A stretch of 64,000 nucleotides of DNA. Source: an uncultured bacterium (GTDB taxonomy: Bacteria; Acidobacteriota; Aminicenantia; Aminicenantales; Saccharicenantaceae). Location: NCBI GenBank assembly GCA_963827635.1, contig CAWHBV010000020.1:29318-93317 (forward strand), written 5' to 3'. Made by a program: the position numbers and the translations under genes. Below, one piece after another: positions 38,400 through 50,065 of this stretch. Positions within the stretch are counted from its first letter, which is position 1; the number at the start of each line of letters is the position of its first letter. The notes under the pieces were generated by a model. The model was given only the letters and a program-made list of their open reading frames with translations. It was not told the DNA's origin and searched no databases.

Positions 38400-39506
38400 T
38401 CACGCGGCCTCCCCGATCTTCTCCAGGCTCCGGACGAGCGCGGATTCCTGGTCCGGGCCGAGCGTCTTTCTGACGACCAGGACCTCGGCGGCCAGGACTT
38501 CGTCCATGCTCCGGAGCAGGCTCAGGCGGCCCTCGTCGCCGGCGATGTTGGCGCTGACCCTGAGCGGCGACCTGAGCTCGAGGCGGCCGTCGGGCTTGAG
38601 CTCCGCGGCCTGGAAGGCCGGATCGAGCCGGGCCCGGATCTCGTCCAGGGCTTTGCCGATGAGGGGGAAGGCCACCGGGCCGACCTCCTTCGAGACGTGC
38701 TTGAAGACGAACGCGCACTTGGCGTTGAACAGGCCCATGAGCTTGTCCATGCCGGCGAGCGACATGTCGGCGCCGAGCTTGCCCGTTTTCGGCTTGGGCG
38801 CGGACGTCCCGGCCAGGCCCAGGAGCATCAGGGCGTAGAGCGCCCGGCGGGTCTCCTCCTCGCCGGCGTCGCTGTCGCCGCAGACCTCGGCCAGGGTCCG
38901 CGGCGGTTCGAGAAGGCCGAGGACGTATTTCTCGGTGAGCGACAGCCCGAAGGCGTCCGGCGGGCAGACGGACAGTCGCCGGACCGTCTCGCCGGGGCCG
39001 GGCAGGCCTTTGTCGAGCGCCTCGTCGTCCTTCGTTCCGCGGACGCTCTCGAGGAGGAGCCCGGGCACGTCGATCGCGTCGACGTAGACGCGGCCGGCCG
39101 GTCCGCTCCGGGTGTGGAACTCGCGCTCGACGCCGCCGTCGGCGAGGAGCGCGAGGGCCTCGCCGCGGGCATGGGCTTCGAGGAGGCGCCAGAGGCGCTC
39201 CGGCGCGAGGACGGAGGTCTCGACGAGGGCCCGGAGCGTGGAGCCGTCCGTCCTCTGGGCCTGCTCCTCGACCCGGGTCAGGGCGATGAGGTCCGTCTCG
39301 CCCGTGGTCAGGAGGAAGCGCAGGAAGTCCTTCTCCTCGAAGGACACGGAGTCGAGGACGAGCGAGCCGCGCTCGAACGAGAGGCACTTCGGGACGCCGT
39401 CCGCCCGGACGTAGAGGGAGCCGCTCAGCCCCTGCCGCCAGATCTCGGCCAGGACCCTGGCCAGGGGGGCGCGGGAGAATTCGGCGGAGGCGAACCAGTC
39501 GTCCAT
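38400..39506 (-). CDS. hypothetical protein with DUF4388/PATAN-like N-terminal domain
   Basis: Start taken at ATG 39506 (MDDWFASAEFSRAPLARVLAEIWRQGLSGSLYVRADGVPKCLSFERGSLV), which resembles the DUF4388 pattern. The rest has no recognised motif. Confidence 0.45.
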   Translation of the reverse strand: MDDWFASAEFSRAPLARVLAEIWRQGLSGSLYVRADGVPKCLSFERGSLVLDSVSFEEKDFLRFLLTTGETDLIALTRVEEQAQRTDGSTLRALVETSVLAPERLWRLLEAHARGEALALLADGGVEREFHTRSGPAGRVYVDAIDVPGLLLESVRGTKDDEALDKGLPGPGETVRRLSVCPPDAFGLSLTEKYVLGLLEPPRTLAEVCGDSDAGEEETRRALYALMLLGLAGTSAPKPKTGKLGADMSLAGMDKLMGLFNAKCAFVFKHVSKEVGPVAFPLIGKALDEIRARLDPAFQAAELKPDGRLELRSPLRVSANIAGDEGRLSLLRSMDEVLAAEVLVVRKTLGPDQESALVRSLEKIGEAA

Positions 39507-39567
39507 GTCTTTAATGTATCGTCCGGAAGGCGGTAAGTCAATCGAGGCAGGGCCCGCTCCGGAGAGG

Positions 39568-40276
39568 TTACCGGAGGAAGGCCGTGCCGACAAGACCCAT
39601 GCCGATGTTGACCAGGGCCTTGAGGAACCACAGCCCGTAGGACAGGATCAGGGCCTTCTTGATGCCGATCTTCAGGATCGCCGCGAGGCCGAAGGCCAGG
39701 ACGCCGAACATCCAGAGCTGGAAGATGTCGATCTGGGCCAGCACGATGTAGAGCGTCGACGTGACCTCCAGGTTCGGGAAGGCCAGGGCCAGGCTGGTCG
39801 AGGTCTGCATGAGAGAGCCGCGGACGAGCGCGAGGACCAGGCGGACGGCGTTCCCGAGGAGCTTGTCGATGAGACTGGCGTGGACGAGGGCGGACAGCGC
39901 CTGGACGTACTTCCCCTGGGTCCGAGAGGAACCGGCCGAAGATGAGCAGGAACAGGCTCTGGAGCAGGATGGCGACGATGGTGTAGAGGGGCGTGATGAC
40001 GAAGGTCTGCATGATCCGGCTGGTCTGCGACGGATTCTCCGTCCGTTCGATCATCTTGGCATAGGAGTCCTCGCCCAGACGCTCCTTGAGCGCCGCGTTG
40101 TCCTTCATGAGCGCGAGCTGGTCCCTCTGCATGTAAGGCGCGACGACGAGGTTGAAGGCGATGAGGGCGAGCAGGATGACGACGAGCGTGTCGATCCAGA
40201 CCGGCTTGGCGGCCAGGCCCTCGAAGGTCGGGCGCGGCTCGAAGAAAACTCCCTGGATGCGCTTGAGGAGGCTCAT
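39568..40276 (-). pseudogene. Yip1-family membrane protein, interrupted by one +1 frameshift (or sequence error)
   Basis: N-frame: MSLLKRIQGVFFEPRPTFEGLAAKPVWIDTLVVILLALIAF...LLIFGRFLSD. C-frame: QGKYVQALSALVHASLIDKLLGNAVRLVLALVRGSLMQTSTSLALAFPNLE...LVGTAFLR (ORF 39568..39810). The junction is at the CCCAGGGG tract, about 39913-39923. Length is 709 nt = 3n+1. Confidence 0.65.
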
Positions 40277-40279
40277 GGG

Positions 40280-40978
40280 CTAGGCTCCTTTCCGTTCGTC
40301 TTTCTCGATCTGACCGTCGCGGATGTGGATGATGCGCTGGGCCTGGTCGGCGACCTCGCGGTCGTGGGTGACCATGATGATGGTGTTGCCCTGCTCGTGG
40401 ATCCTGTGGAAGAGGTTGAGGATCTCCCGGCCCGTGCGCGAATCGAGGTTCCCGGTGGGCTCGTCGGCGAGCAGGAGGGAGGGCTCGTTGACCAGGGCCC
40501 GGGCGACGGCCACGCGCTGGCGTTCGCCGCCGGAGAGCTCGGCCGGCTTGTGCGTCATCCGGTCCTTCATCTCGACCCGCTCCAGGGCCCGCCGGGCCTT
40601 GGCCTCGCGCTCGGCCTTCTTCATGCCCGCGTAGATGAGCGGCAGCTCGACGTTGCGGAAGGCCGAGGCCCGGGAGAGGAGGTTGAAGACCTGGAAGACG
40701 AAGCCGATCTCGCGGTTCCGGGTGAAGGCCAGCTCGTCCTCGGACATGGCGCTGACGAGCTTGCCGTTGAGCCGGTAGGTGCCGGAGGTCGGCGTGTCGA
40801 GGCAGCCGATGAGGTTCATCAGGGTCGACTTGCCCGAGCCGGACGGGCCCATGATGGCCGCGAACTCGCCCCGCTCGACCGTCAGGGTCACGCCCCGGAG
40901 GGCCTCGACCTTCTGTTCGTCGAGCTGGTAGACCCGCCAGAGGTCCTCGGCGAGGATGACGGGATCGGCGCCGCTCAT
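40280..40978 (-). CDS. ABC transporter ATP-binding protein (MacB/LolD-type NBD, stand-alone)
   Basis: Walker [11 protein letters not shown]-loop, signature [15 protein letters not shown], Walker B LLLADEPT. The motif FVFQVFNLL is typical of the MacB/Lol/FtsE clade. Confidence 0.9.
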   Translation of the reverse strand: MSGADPVILAEDLWRVYQLDEQKVEALRGVTLTVERGEFAAIMGPSGSGKSTLMNLIGCLDTPTSGTYRLNGKLVSAMSEDELAFTRNREIGFVFQVFNLLSRASAFRNVELPLIYAGMKKAEREAKARRALERVEMKDRMTHKPAELSGGERQRVAVARALVNEPSLLLADEPTGNLDSRTGREILNLFHRIHEQGNTIIMVTHDREVADQAQRIIHIRDGQIEKDERKGA

Positions 40979-42222
40979 GATGTCTTGGCGTCCTTCTTCG
41001 CGTCCGCCTTGATCAGGACGCCGTCCTTGAGCTCGCGCAGGGAGGCGTAGGGGCCGGTGACGATGTCCTGCCCCTCGTCGAGGCCGGAGACGATCTCGAT
41101 CAGCATGCCGCCGGCGATGCCCTTCGCGACCGGGACGAACTTGACCCGTTCGTTGGCGACGACGTAGACGCCCTCTTCCTCCTTCGCTTCGGCCGGCGCG
41201 GTCTTGTCGGCCGCGGGCTTGTCCCGGAGGACGAGGGCGGAGATCGGCACGGCCAGCGCCTGCTTCTTCTCGGCCACGACGATGTCGGCCGAGGCCGACA
41301 GTCCGGGCTTGAGCTTGCGCGAGGGGTCGTCCAGGGTGACGACGACCTTGAAGTCCTTCGATTCCTGGGTGGAGGTGACGCCCGTCGTCGGCTGAAGGGC
41401 GGAGCTGCCGATCTCGGTGACCTTGCCCGTGAAGACCGTGTCCGGGAAGGCGTCGACGCGGATCTTGGCCGTCTGGTCGAGGGTGACCCCGACGACGTCC
41501 GTTTCGTCGACCTCGACCTCGACCTCCATGACGGACAGGTCGGCGATGGTCAGGAGGACCGTGCCCGGGTTGTTCATGGTGCCGATGATGGCCACCTCGC
41601 CCTCCTCGACGCGGAGGCTGGTGATGACCCCGTCGATCGGGGAGTTGTAGGTCGTCTTGGTCAGGCTGTCCATCGTGCTCTTGAGGGAGGCCTCGGCCTG
41701 CTTGATCTGGAAGCCGATGGCGTTGGTCTGGGCCTGGGAGACGTCGAACTGGGCTTGGGCCCCTTCGAGCTGTTCCTTGGAGATGAGGTCTTCGGCGAAG
41801 AGCTTCTGCTGGCGGTCGAGGGCGTTCTTGTCCCTCTGCAGCCGGGCCTCGGACTGGATCATGTCGGCGCGGGCGGCCCGGATGAAGTTCTGGTCGCGGT
41901 CGGCGTTGGCTTCGTACTGGGTCGAATCGAGCTTGAGCAGGAAATCGCCGGCCTTGACGTCCTGGCCCTCGACGACGCCGATCTTGATGATCCGGCCGGG
42001 GACCTGGGCGCTGATGTTGATGTTCTTCTTGGGCTTGATCTCGCCGGAGGCCGAGATGATGGAGGTCAGGTCGTGTTTTTCGACCTTGCCGACGGTCACC
42101 TTGACCGACTTCTCGCGCCGCGACCGGAGGTTGGCCATGACGACCACGCCCAGGGTCAGAAGAACGGCCAGGACGATCAGCGGCTTTTTGTGCCGCCTGA
42201 AGAAGCTCGTTTTTTCGGTCAT
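40975..42222 (-). CDS. efflux periplasmic adaptor (HlyD/MacA membrane-fusion family)
   Basis: N-terminal TM. Lipoyl and coiled-coil hairpin ([35 protein letters not shown]). Beta-barrel and MP domains. ATGA overlap with the ABC gene. Confidence 0.85.
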   Translation of the reverse strand: MTEKTSFFRRHKKPLIVLAVLLTLGVVVMANLRSRREKSVKVTVGKVEKHDLTSIISASGEIKPKKNINISAQVPGRIIKIGVVEGQDVKAGDFLLKLDSTQYEANADRDQNFIRAARADMIQSEARLQRDKNALDRQQKLFAEDLISKEQLEGAQAQFDVSQAQTNAIGFQIKQAEASLKSTMDSLTKTTYNSPIDGVITSLRVEEGEVAIIGTMNNPGTVLLTIADLSVMEVEVEVDETDVVGVTLDQTAKIRVDAFPDTVFTGKVTEIGSSALQPTTGVTSTQESKDFKVVVTLDDPSRKLKPGLSASADIVVAEKKQALAVPISALVLRDKPAADKTAPAEAKEEEGVYVVANERVKFVPVAKGIAGGMLIEIVSGLDEGQDIVTGPYASLRELKDGVLIKADAKKDAKTS

Positions 42223-42335
42223 GGAGATAAGCCTTTCCTCTCGAGAATGCGGTCGTTCGTCTATTATACTACGGATTTCTGCGGAGTCGGTTCAGGGTTG
42301 CCCGACAGGGGAGGAATTGATAAGATAGTTACACG

Positions 42336-42863
42336 ATGGGCTCTAAAACCGGTCTTGGGATCATTTTCGCCGCGGCCCTCGGGATCGCAGCTTTCTCCGC
42401 CGCGGGACTCCCGGCACAAGACCCGGTCCAGGCCATCCCCGTCCCGCCGCTTCTCGAGAAAACGGTCGCCGTCCCGGCCGCCGCCGGCTGGGTGGACACG
42501 GGGATCGACGTCGAGCCGGGCCAGGAGCTCCGTTTCACCGCATCCGGCCGGATCGACCTGCAGAAGGGCAACCCCGAAGCGTCCTGCGGCCCCGAAGGGA
42601 TCGATCTCATCACCGTCGAACAGCCCGTCCCGAACGCCAACCTGGGGGCCCTCGTCGGCAAGGTGGTCCAGCTCGTCGCCAGTCGGATCGACGAGGATTC
42701 GGGGATGGAGGTCCGCGACGAGATCTTCGTCCTCTTCCCGGTCGGTCCGGAAGGGGCCCTGACCGTGTCCTTCAAGGGCCGGCTCTATCTGGGGGTCAAC
42801 GAGAACGTCCTCCGGGACAACGGGGGCGAATACTCGGTCGTCGTCGTCCGCCGCCCGGTCTGA
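42336..42863 (+). CDS. small secreted protein, PA-IL/LecA-like beta-sandwich (putative lectin)
   Basis: Signal peptide. GWVDTGIDVEPGQELRFTASGRIDL...LGALVGKV...GRLYLGVNENVLRDNGGEYSVVV resembles the PA-IL-like domain pattern. Confidence 0.45.
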   Translation: MGSKTGLGIIFAAALGIAAFSAAGLPAQDPVQAIPVPPLLEKTVAVPAAAGWVDTGIDVEPGQELRFTASGRIDLQKGNPEASCGPEGIDLITVEQPVPNANLGALVGKVVQLVASRIDEDSGMEVRDEIFVLFPVGPEGALTVSFKGRLYLGVNENVLRDNGGEYSVVVVRRPV

Positions 42864-42876
42864 GCCGGGCGGGCCC

Positions 42877-44235
<1,359 letters not shown>

Positions 44236-44241
44236 CGGGCC

Positions 44242-44772
44242 TCAGCTCGAGGGCAGGATGGAGAAGAGCTTCTGCCCGAACTCCACGGGCCGGGCGTTGT
44301 CGACGAAGATCTCGACGATCGTCCCGTCGACGTCGGCCTCGATCTCGTTCATCAGCTTCATGGCCTCGATGATGCAGAGCGTCTTGCCCTTCTTGACGAC
44401 GTCCCCGATGTCGACGAAGGGCGGGGAGGTCGGGTCGGGGGCCCGGTAGAACGTCCCGACCATGGGGGACGTGATGAGGTGATGGCCCTTGGCGATCTCG
44501 GCCGCCTGGATCCGGGCTTCGGCGGCCGCGGCGGTCTCCGGGGCCGCGCCGGCCGGCGGGGCCGGCAGGGGGGCGGGTCCGGGCGCCGGGGCGGCCTGGT
44601 TCCGGGCGATCTTGACCTTGAGGCCCTCGACCTCGAGCTCGAAGACGGCCAGGTTCTTCTCCTCGAGCAGGCCGACGAGCTTGCGGATCTCGTCGTAGTC
44701 GATCTTCCCGTTCATGGCGCTTTCCTCCGGTTCGACAGGCTTGCCGTTCTTGTCGCTCATGCCCTTATCCAC
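44242..44772 (-). CDS. accB: acetyl-CoA carboxylase, biotin carboxyl carrier protein
   Basis: Pro/Ala-rich linker and a C-terminal biotinyl domain with [14 protein letters not shown]. Confidence 0.9.
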   Translation of the reverse strand: MDKGMSDKNGKPVEPEESAMNGKIDYDEIRKLVGLLEEKNLAVFELEVEGLKVKIARNQAAPAPGPAPLPAPPAGAAPETAAAAEARIQAAEIAKGHHLITSPMVGTFYRAPDPTSPPFVDIGDVVKKGKTLCIIEAMKLMNEIEADVDGTIVEIFVDNARPVEFGQKLFSILPSS

Positions 44773-44871
44773 CTCGCGAGAGTGACCCTAAGGTATCGGC
44801 ATCCCCCGCGTTTGTCAAGAAGCGGCTCTTAAGCCGTCTCCCCCTCGCGAGGACAGCCCGAACCCGGAGAT

Positions 44872-44900
44872 TTGACTGAGGATGCCCCTTCTTTTAAGAT
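44872..44900 (+). promoter_or_regulatory. candidate sigma-70 promoter of ffh
   Basis: TTGACT (44872-44877), 17-nt spacer, TAAGAT (44895-44900). 20 nt upstream of ATG 44921. Confidence 0.5.
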
Positions 44901-44920
44901 GGCCCGAGGGATAAACCGCC

Positions 44921-46243
44921 ATGTTCGACCAGCTGTCCGGACGCCTCGAGAAGATGATGAAGTTCCTCCGGGGCGAGGTCAAGGTCACGGACAAGAACAT
45001 GGCCGAGGCCTTGAAGATGATGCGCCTGGCCTTCCTCGAGGCCGACGTCAACTACAAGGTGGTCAAGGACTTCGAAGCCCGGATCAAGGCCAAGGCCCTG
45101 GGCGAGGAGGTCCTCGGCGGCCTGAATCCCGCCCAGCAGGTCATCAAGATCGTCCACGACGAGCTGGCCGCGATCCTCGGGGGGGCCCAGAAGCCCCTTC
45201 AGTTCGCCGGCCGCCCGCCCTCGATCTTCATGCTCGTCGGCCTCCAGGGCAGCGGCAAGACCACGACCTGCGGCAAGCTGGCCCGCTGGGTCTCCGGCAT
45301 CGGCAAGAACCCCCTGCTCGTCTCCTTCGACCTCAAGCGGCCGGCCGCCCAGGACCAGCTCAGGACGATCGCCGCCTCCGTCGGCGCCCCCTTTTACGAG
45401 ATGACGTCCGCCCGGATGGCCTCCCCGCAGGAAGCCCTCAAGGAGCTCCGGACCTACACGGCCAACCGGGCCTTCGATCCCCTCATCGTCGACACCGCCG
45501 GGCGCCTCCACGTCGACGACGAGCTCATGGACGAGCTGCGCCTCGTCCGGGACATCCTCGCTCCGGTCGAGGTGATCTACGTCGGCGACGCCATGACCGG
45601 GCAGGACGCCGTGCGCAGCGCCCAGGCCTTCGAGGAGAGGATCGGTTTGACCGCGGTCGTCCTGACCAAGCTCGACGGCGACGCCCGGGGAGGGGCGGCC
45701 CTGTCGATCGTCTCGGTGACCGGGCGGCCCATCAAGTTCATCGGCGTCGGCGAGAAGAGCGACAAGCTCGAGGTCTTCCACCCCGAGCGCATGGCTTCGC
45801 GGATCCTGGGCATGGGCGACATCCTCACGCTCGTCGAGAAGGCCCAGGGCGAGGCCGACCTCGCCGAGGCCGAGGAGATGGCCCGCAAGCTCCGCAAGCA
45901 GGAGTTCACCCTCGAGGATTTCAAGAAGCAGATCGGCCAGATGAAGAAGATGGGCTCGATGTCCGACCTCCTCGGGCACCTGCCCCAGGTCGGTCCCTTC
46001 AAGAACCTGGCCAAAGCTCAGGTCGACGAGCGCAAGGTCGTCCACTTCGAGGCCATCATCGACTCCATGACCCCGGCGGAGCGGGCCGACCCGAGGATCC
46101 TCAACGGCAGCCGCCGGGCCCGCATCGCCCGGGGCAGCGGCCGGCCGGTCCACGAGATCAACCAGCTGGTGAAGCAGTTCCTGGAGATGCGGAAGATGAT
46201 GAAGAGCTCGTCGGTCCGCAAGCTCCTCGGCGGCCTTAAATAA
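44921..46243 (+). CDS. ffh: signal recognition particle protein Ffh
   Basis: MFDQLSGRLEKMMKFLRG...GLQGSGKTTTCGKLA...DTAGR...Met-rich M domain. Confidence 0.95.
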   Translation: MFDQLSGRLEKMMKFLRGEVKVTDKNMAEALKMMRLAFLEADVNYKVVKDFEARIKAKALGEEVLGGLNPAQQVIKIVHDELAAILGGAQKPLQFAGRPPSIFMLVGLQGSGKTTTCGKLARWVSGIGKNPLLVSFDLKRPAAQDQLRTIAASVGAPFYEMTSARMASPQEALKELRTYTANRAFDPLIVDTAGRLHVDDELMDELRLVRDILAPVEVIYVGDAMTGQDAVRSAQAFEERIGLTAVVLTKLDGDARGGAALSIVSVTGRPIKFIGVGEKSDKLEVFHPERMASRILGMGDILTLVEKAQGEADLAEAEEMARKLRKQEFTLEDFKKQIGQMKKMGSMSDLLGHLPQVGPFKNLAKAQVDERKVVHFEAIIDSMTPAERADPRILNGSRRARIARGSGRPVHEINQLVKQFLEMRKMMKSSSVRKLLGGLK

Positions 46244-46274
46244 GGATCTTCTCCCGATTCCGGGATGTCCCTCT

Positions 46275-47069
46275 CTACGGCTTTCCTTCGAGGACGTGGT
46301 CGACGCACTCGAGCCAGAACGCGGCGTAGTCTTCCCAGAAGACGAAGTTGAGGCCCCAGTGCGGGGCGGGGTCGGACATGAAGGCCAGGACGCGGCCGCG
46401 GCCGCATGTGCGGACGGCCAGCAGCGGGTCTCCCGTGTCCCGGACCTCGAGCAGGACCCGTCCTTCGGGGATCGGCATCGTCTTGTTGTAGCCCAGGAGG
46501 GGCGGCATCGTTCTCAGGTTGATGGACTTGAAGAACCGCTCGCCGGCCGCGGTCAGCTCGGCGTCGAATCCCTCCGTGCTCTCGACCAGGTCTTCGTGGT
46601 CGAGGCAGCGGACGGGGAGGATCTCGCGGAGGCGGGTCCGGCCCCAGCCGCCCTTGCCCAGCTCGCCGGTGAAGGAATACCAGCCGCCGAGGAACATGGC
46701 CGCCTTGCCCTCCTTGACGGCCTCGACGGTCAGCCGGATCCGGTCCGGGTAGGTCAGGACGGCCTGGCCGAATTTCTCCCGGTCGAAGAAGTTCGGGGCC
46801 AGCTGGAAGAGCTTGGCGTCGACGTCGCTGAATATGATGATGTCGTGCCCGGCCAGGATCCTCTCGTAGTCCCCCGGTCCGAGCTTGTTGTAGAAATCCC
46901 AGGCCGGGACGGACTCGACCTCGTGCTTGCCGGTCGATTCCAGGGCCTCCTTCAGCCACTTGCCGTAATTGAAGATGTCCAGGCCCTTGGGCGAGTGGTA
47001 GAAGGGGGTTTCGGCGAACACGGGTCCCGTCAGGACGGCCCAGTCGCCCACGTAATAGATCTTGGCCAT
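46275..47069 (-). CDS. GATase1-like (DUF1355-type) putative glutamine amidotransferase-fold protein
   Basis: Start at ATG 47069 (MAKIYYVGDWAVLTGP...). The motif IIIFSDVDA...FLGGWYSF...APHWG resembles the putative-GATase family. The upstream part of track ORF 46275..47450 is low-complexity and was not used. Confidence 0.45.
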   Translation of the reverse strand: MAKIYYVGDWAVLTGPVFAETPFYHSPKGLDIFNYGKWLKEALESTGKHEVESVPAWDFYNKLGPGDYERILAGHDIIIFSDVDAKLFQLAPNFFDREKFGQAVLTYPDRIRLTVEAVKEGKAAMFLGGWYSFTGELGKGGWGRTRLREILPVRCLDHEDLVESTEGFDAELTAAGERFFKSINLRTMPPLLGYNKTMPIPEGRVLLEVRDTGDPLLAVRTCGRGRVLAFMSDPAPHWGLNFVFWEDYAAFWLECVDHVLEGKP

Positions 47070-47172
47070 GACCTTGTCTCCTTCCGCGGGGATAGGATAA
47101 CAGAGAACAGGGGCGAGCGGAAGGGCTTTCCGGGGGGGTGTCCTCTTCCGGGGACATCCCCCTGATTTCCTG

Positions 47173-47201
47173 TTGACTTGCCCCTCGAAATCCGCTATTA
47201 T
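47173..47201 (+). promoter_or_regulatory. candidate sigma-70 promoter of the rpsP operon
   Basis: TTGACT (47173-47178), 17-nt spacer, TATTAT (47196-47201). Confidence 0.55.
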
Positions 47202-47240
47202 TTTCGAGCAAAATACCTCTATCGCGGAAGTGAAACCACA

Positions 47241-47507
47241 ATGATGACCATGCGCTTGCAGAGATTCGGCACGAAGAAAAAGCCCACCTACCGGATCGTG
47301 GTGATGGAGGCGAAGACCGCCCGCCAGAGCCAGGCCCTGGACACGCTGGGCACCTACACGCCCCTCAACGACCCGGCCGGAGTCAAGATCGACCTCGAGA
47401 AGGCCAAGCAGTGGATCGCCAAGGGCGTCCGCCCGTCGGCGACCGTTCAATCCCTCTTGGACAGGGTCTCCAAGTCCGCGAAACCCGCTTCGAGCGCGAA
47501 ATCCTAA
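47241..47507 (+). CDS. rpsP: 30S ribosomal protein S16
   Basis: [41 protein letters not shown]. The start could be any of ATG 47241, 47244 or 47250. Confidence 0.9.
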   Translation: MMTMRLQRFGTKKKPTYRIVVMEAKTARQSQALDTLGTYTPLNDPAGVKIDLEKAKQWIAKGVRPSATVQSLLDRVSKSAKPASSAKS

Positions 47508-47518
47508 AGGAGGTCAGC

Positions 47519-47755
47519 GTGAAAGAACTCGTCGAGCTCATCGCCAAAGCGCTTGTGGACCAGCCGGACAAGGTGGTCGTGACCCAGCTCGAAGGCGAGC
47601 AGACGACGGTCCTCGAACTCAAGGTCGCCCCTGAAGACCTCGGCAAGGTGATCGGGAAGCAGGGCCGGACGGCGCGCGCGATCCGCATCCTCCTCGGCGC
47701 CGGGGGCATGAAGCTCAAGAGGCGCTACAACCTCGAGATCATTGAAAAAGGCTGA
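47519..47755 (+). CDS. KH-domain RNA-binding protein (UPF0109/YlqC)
   Basis: GTG start after [29 protein letters not shown]...[18 protein letters not shown]. Conserved position between rpsP and rimM. Confidence 0.85.
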   Translation: MKELVELIAKALVDQPDKVVVTQLEGEQTTVLELKVAPEDLGKVIGKQGRTARAIRILLGAGGMKLKRRYNLEIIEKG

Positions 47756-48263
47756 CCTCGTCGCCCTCGGCAAGGTCGTCCGGAGCCAGGGACGCGACGG
47801 GCGCGTCAAGCTCAAGCTCAACGCAAAGGGACCCACAGGATTCGGGGGCGCCACGGTCTACATCCGGCGCCCCGGCGGGCTCGAGGCTTTCGAGGTGGAA
47901 TCGCTCGACCTCGATAGGAACTCGTACTTCCTGAAGCTCAAGGGCGTCGACACGCTGGCCGCGGCCGACGCCCTGGCCGGTACGGAGATACTGGCCTCCG
48001 GGGCCGATTTCAAGCGGCCCGGTGAGGACCGGTTTTACGACTTCGAGGTCATCGGCTGCCGGGTGGTCACCCGGGACGGGGCCGGGGTCGGCGACGTCGC
48101 GGCCCTGCTCGATGCGGGGAGCCGGACGCTTCTCGTCGTGAGACGGGGGGCGGAGGACGTGTACGTCCCCTTCAGCGAGCCGATCCTCGTGAAGGTCGAC
48201 ATCGAAGCCCGGGAGATCGTGATCGATCCCCCGGACGGTCTTTTGGAGTTGAATGAGATTTGA
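47742..48263 (+). CDS. rimM: 16S rRNA processing protein RimM
   Basis: [21 protein letters not shown]... plus a PRC-barrel C-terminus. TTG start overlapping the KH gene stop. Confidence 0.85.
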   Translation: MKKADLVALGKVVRSQGRDGRVKLKLNAKGPTGFGGATVYIRRPGGLEAFEVESLDLDRNSYFLKLKGVDTLAAADALAGTEILASGADFKRPGEDRFYDFEVIGCRVVTRDGAGVGDVAALLDAGSRTLLVVRRGAEDVYVPFSEPILVKVDIEAREIVIDPPDGLLELNEI

Positions 48264-48990
48264 TATAATCACGATCTTCCCCGAGATGTTCGCCGGAGTT
48301 TTTTCGGGGGGGGTCGTCAAGAAGGCCCTGGACAAGGATGTCGTCCGGATCGCCGTGCACGACCTGAGGGACTTCACCACGGACAAACACCGGCAGGTCG
48401 ACGACCGGCCCTTCGGGGGCCTGGAAGGAATGGTCTTGAAGCCCGAGCCGATCTTTCGCGCCGTCGAGGCCGTTCGCGGCCCCGGGCGGAGCAAGGTCTA
48501 TCTGCTCTCGCCTCAGGGCCGGCCCCTCGACGCCGCGATGGCCTGCGCGCTCGCGGCGGAAGAGCAGGTGATCCTCATCTGCGGCCGCTACGAGGGCGTG
48601 GACGAGCGCGTCGTCGAGCACCTGGCCGACGGCGAGATCTCGATCGGGGACTACGTCCTGTCGGGCGGGGAGCTGGCCGCGGCGGTCGTCGTCGACGCGG
48701 CGGCGCGGTTCGTGCCCGGCGTCGTCGGCAAAGAAGGCTCGGTGAAGAACGATTCCTTCGCCGCGGGGACGCTCGATTGCCCCCAGTACACGCGGCCGCG
48801 CGAGTTCCGGGGCTTCAAGGTGCCGCCCGTGCTCTTCTCGGGCGATCACCGGCGGATCGAGCGCTGGCGGCGGAAGAAGGCTTTGGAAAAGACGGCCCGG
48901 CAGAGGCCGGACCTGATCAGGAATATCGCGCTGTCCCCGGAGGACCGGCGTCTTCTGGAGGAAATCTCGGAGGAAAGGAAGGACGAATGA
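48253..48990 (+). CDS. trmD: tRNA (guanine37-N1)-methyltransferase
   Basis: [13 protein letters not shown]...[17 protein letters not shown]...[10 protein letters not shown]...[13 protein letters not shown]. Confidence 0.95.
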   Translation: MRFDIITIFPEMFAGVFSGGVVKKALDKDVVRIAVHDLRDFTTDKHRQVDDRPFGGLEGMVLKPEPIFRAVEAVRGPGRSKVYLLSPQGRPLDAAMACALAAEEQVILICGRYEGVDERVVEHLADGEISIGDYVLSGGELAAAVVVDAAARFVPGVVGKEGSVKNDSFAAGTLDCPQYTRPREFRGFKVPPVLFSGDHRRIERWRRKKALEKTARQRPDLIRNIALSPEDRRLLEEISEERKDE

Positions 48991-49331
48991 ACCTGGTCAA
49001 CGCTGTTGAGGATAAACATCTCAGGAAGGACCTCGCGGATTTCAACGTCGGCGACACGGTCAAGGTCCACTACATCATCCGGGAAGGCGACAAGGAACGC
49101 GTCCAGATCTTCCGGGGCGACGTCATCGCCAAGCGGGGCGGCAGCGTGAAGGCCACCTTCACCGTCCGCAAGGTCTCGTTCGGCGTCGGCGTCGAGCGCG
49201 TCTTCCCCCGCCACTCCAAGATGATCAAGACGATCGAGGTCGTGCGCAAGGCCAGCGTCCGCAGGGCCAAGCTCTACTACCTCCGCGACCTCAAGGGCAA
49301 GGCTGCCCGCCTCAAAGAAGACCAAGGCTGA
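48987..49331 (+). CDS. rplS: 50S ribosomal protein L19
   Basis: [48 protein letters not shown] overlap with the trmD stop. Confidence 0.95.
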   Translation: MNLVNAVEDKHLRKDLADFNVGDTVKVHYIIREGDKERVQIFRGDVIAKRGGSVKATFTVRKVSFGVGVERVFPRHSKMIKTIEVVRKASVRRAKLYYLRDLKGKAARLKEDQG

Positions 49332-49441
49332 CCTGGCGCTTCATGAAAACGCCGTTTTGCCTTTTCACACAAGAAAAGCCAAGACCGCCGTTTTCACCCT
49401 CGGGCACTCGCGCCTCGGTGTGAAGCATCCAGGCTAGAGCC

Positions 49442-50053
49442 GTGGCCACCCTCAGGCTCGAAAAAGAGCTCTACCGGGGTGGCGCCCGGCTCGTCGCCGG
49501 GATCGACGAGGTCGGCCGCGGCTCGCTGTTCGGGCCGGTCGTGGCCGCCGCGGTCATCCTGCCCGAAGAGTGGCTAACCGGCCGGCCGCCGGCCTGGGCC
49601 GGGGCCGTCAACGACTCCAAGCTCCTGACGCCCGCCCGGCGCGAGGCGCTCGCCGCCGTCCTCCTGGGGGAGGTCCGGGCGGTGGGCCTGGGCCTGGCCT
49701 CCGCGACCGAGATCGACGCCCTGAACATCCACCAGGCCACCCGCTTGGCCATGCTCCGGGCCGTCGAGAGCCTGCCCGAAACCCCCGAAGTCCTCCTGGT
49801 TGACGGATTCCCGCTAAAAGATGTAAAGTACCGCCAGATGGGGATCCCGCAGGGCGACCGGAAATCCCGGTCGATCGCCGCGGCCTCCATCGTGGCCAAG
49901 GTCTTCCGCGACGGGCTGATGGGACTCTTCGACGCCCTCTACGAAGGCTACGGACTGGCCAGGAACAAGGGCTACGGCACGGAAGAACACATCCGGGCTC
50001 TGAGGGAGCGGGGGCCGACGGGCCTCCATCGGACCTCCTTCAAGCTCGGCTGA
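49442..50053 (+). CDS. rnhB: ribonuclease HII
   Basis: GTG start. VAGIDEVGRGSLFGPVVAAAV...DSKLLTP...GDRKSRSIAAASIVAKV. Confidence 0.9.
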   Translation: MATLRLEKELYRGGARLVAGIDEVGRGSLFGPVVAAAVILPEEWLTGRPPAWAGAVNDSKLLTPARREALAAVLLGEVRAVGLGLASATEIDALNIHQATRLAMLRAVESLPETPEVLLVDGFPLKDVKYRQMGIPQGDRKSRSIAAASIVAKVFRDGLMGLFDALYEGYGLARNKGYGTEEHIRALRERGPTGLHRTSFKLG

Positions 50054-50065
50054 GGACGGGACGCC

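Noticed and set aside
44773-44920. Possible SRP (4.5S) RNA gene next to ffh.
   Set aside because: The conserved SRP RNA domain IV motif (GGAA tetraloop helix with flanking symmetric loop sequence) is not present. The region is better explained by the divergent accB and ffh promoters.
49332-49441. Repeated CGCCGTTTT motif and short GCTTCA/TGAAGC inverted ends in the rplS-rnhB spacer, considered as a structured RNA or attenuator.
   Set aside because: The stems are only 4-6 bp with poor loops. There is no convincing terminator or known RNA family pattern. It is likely just the rplS 3' region plus the rnhB promoter.
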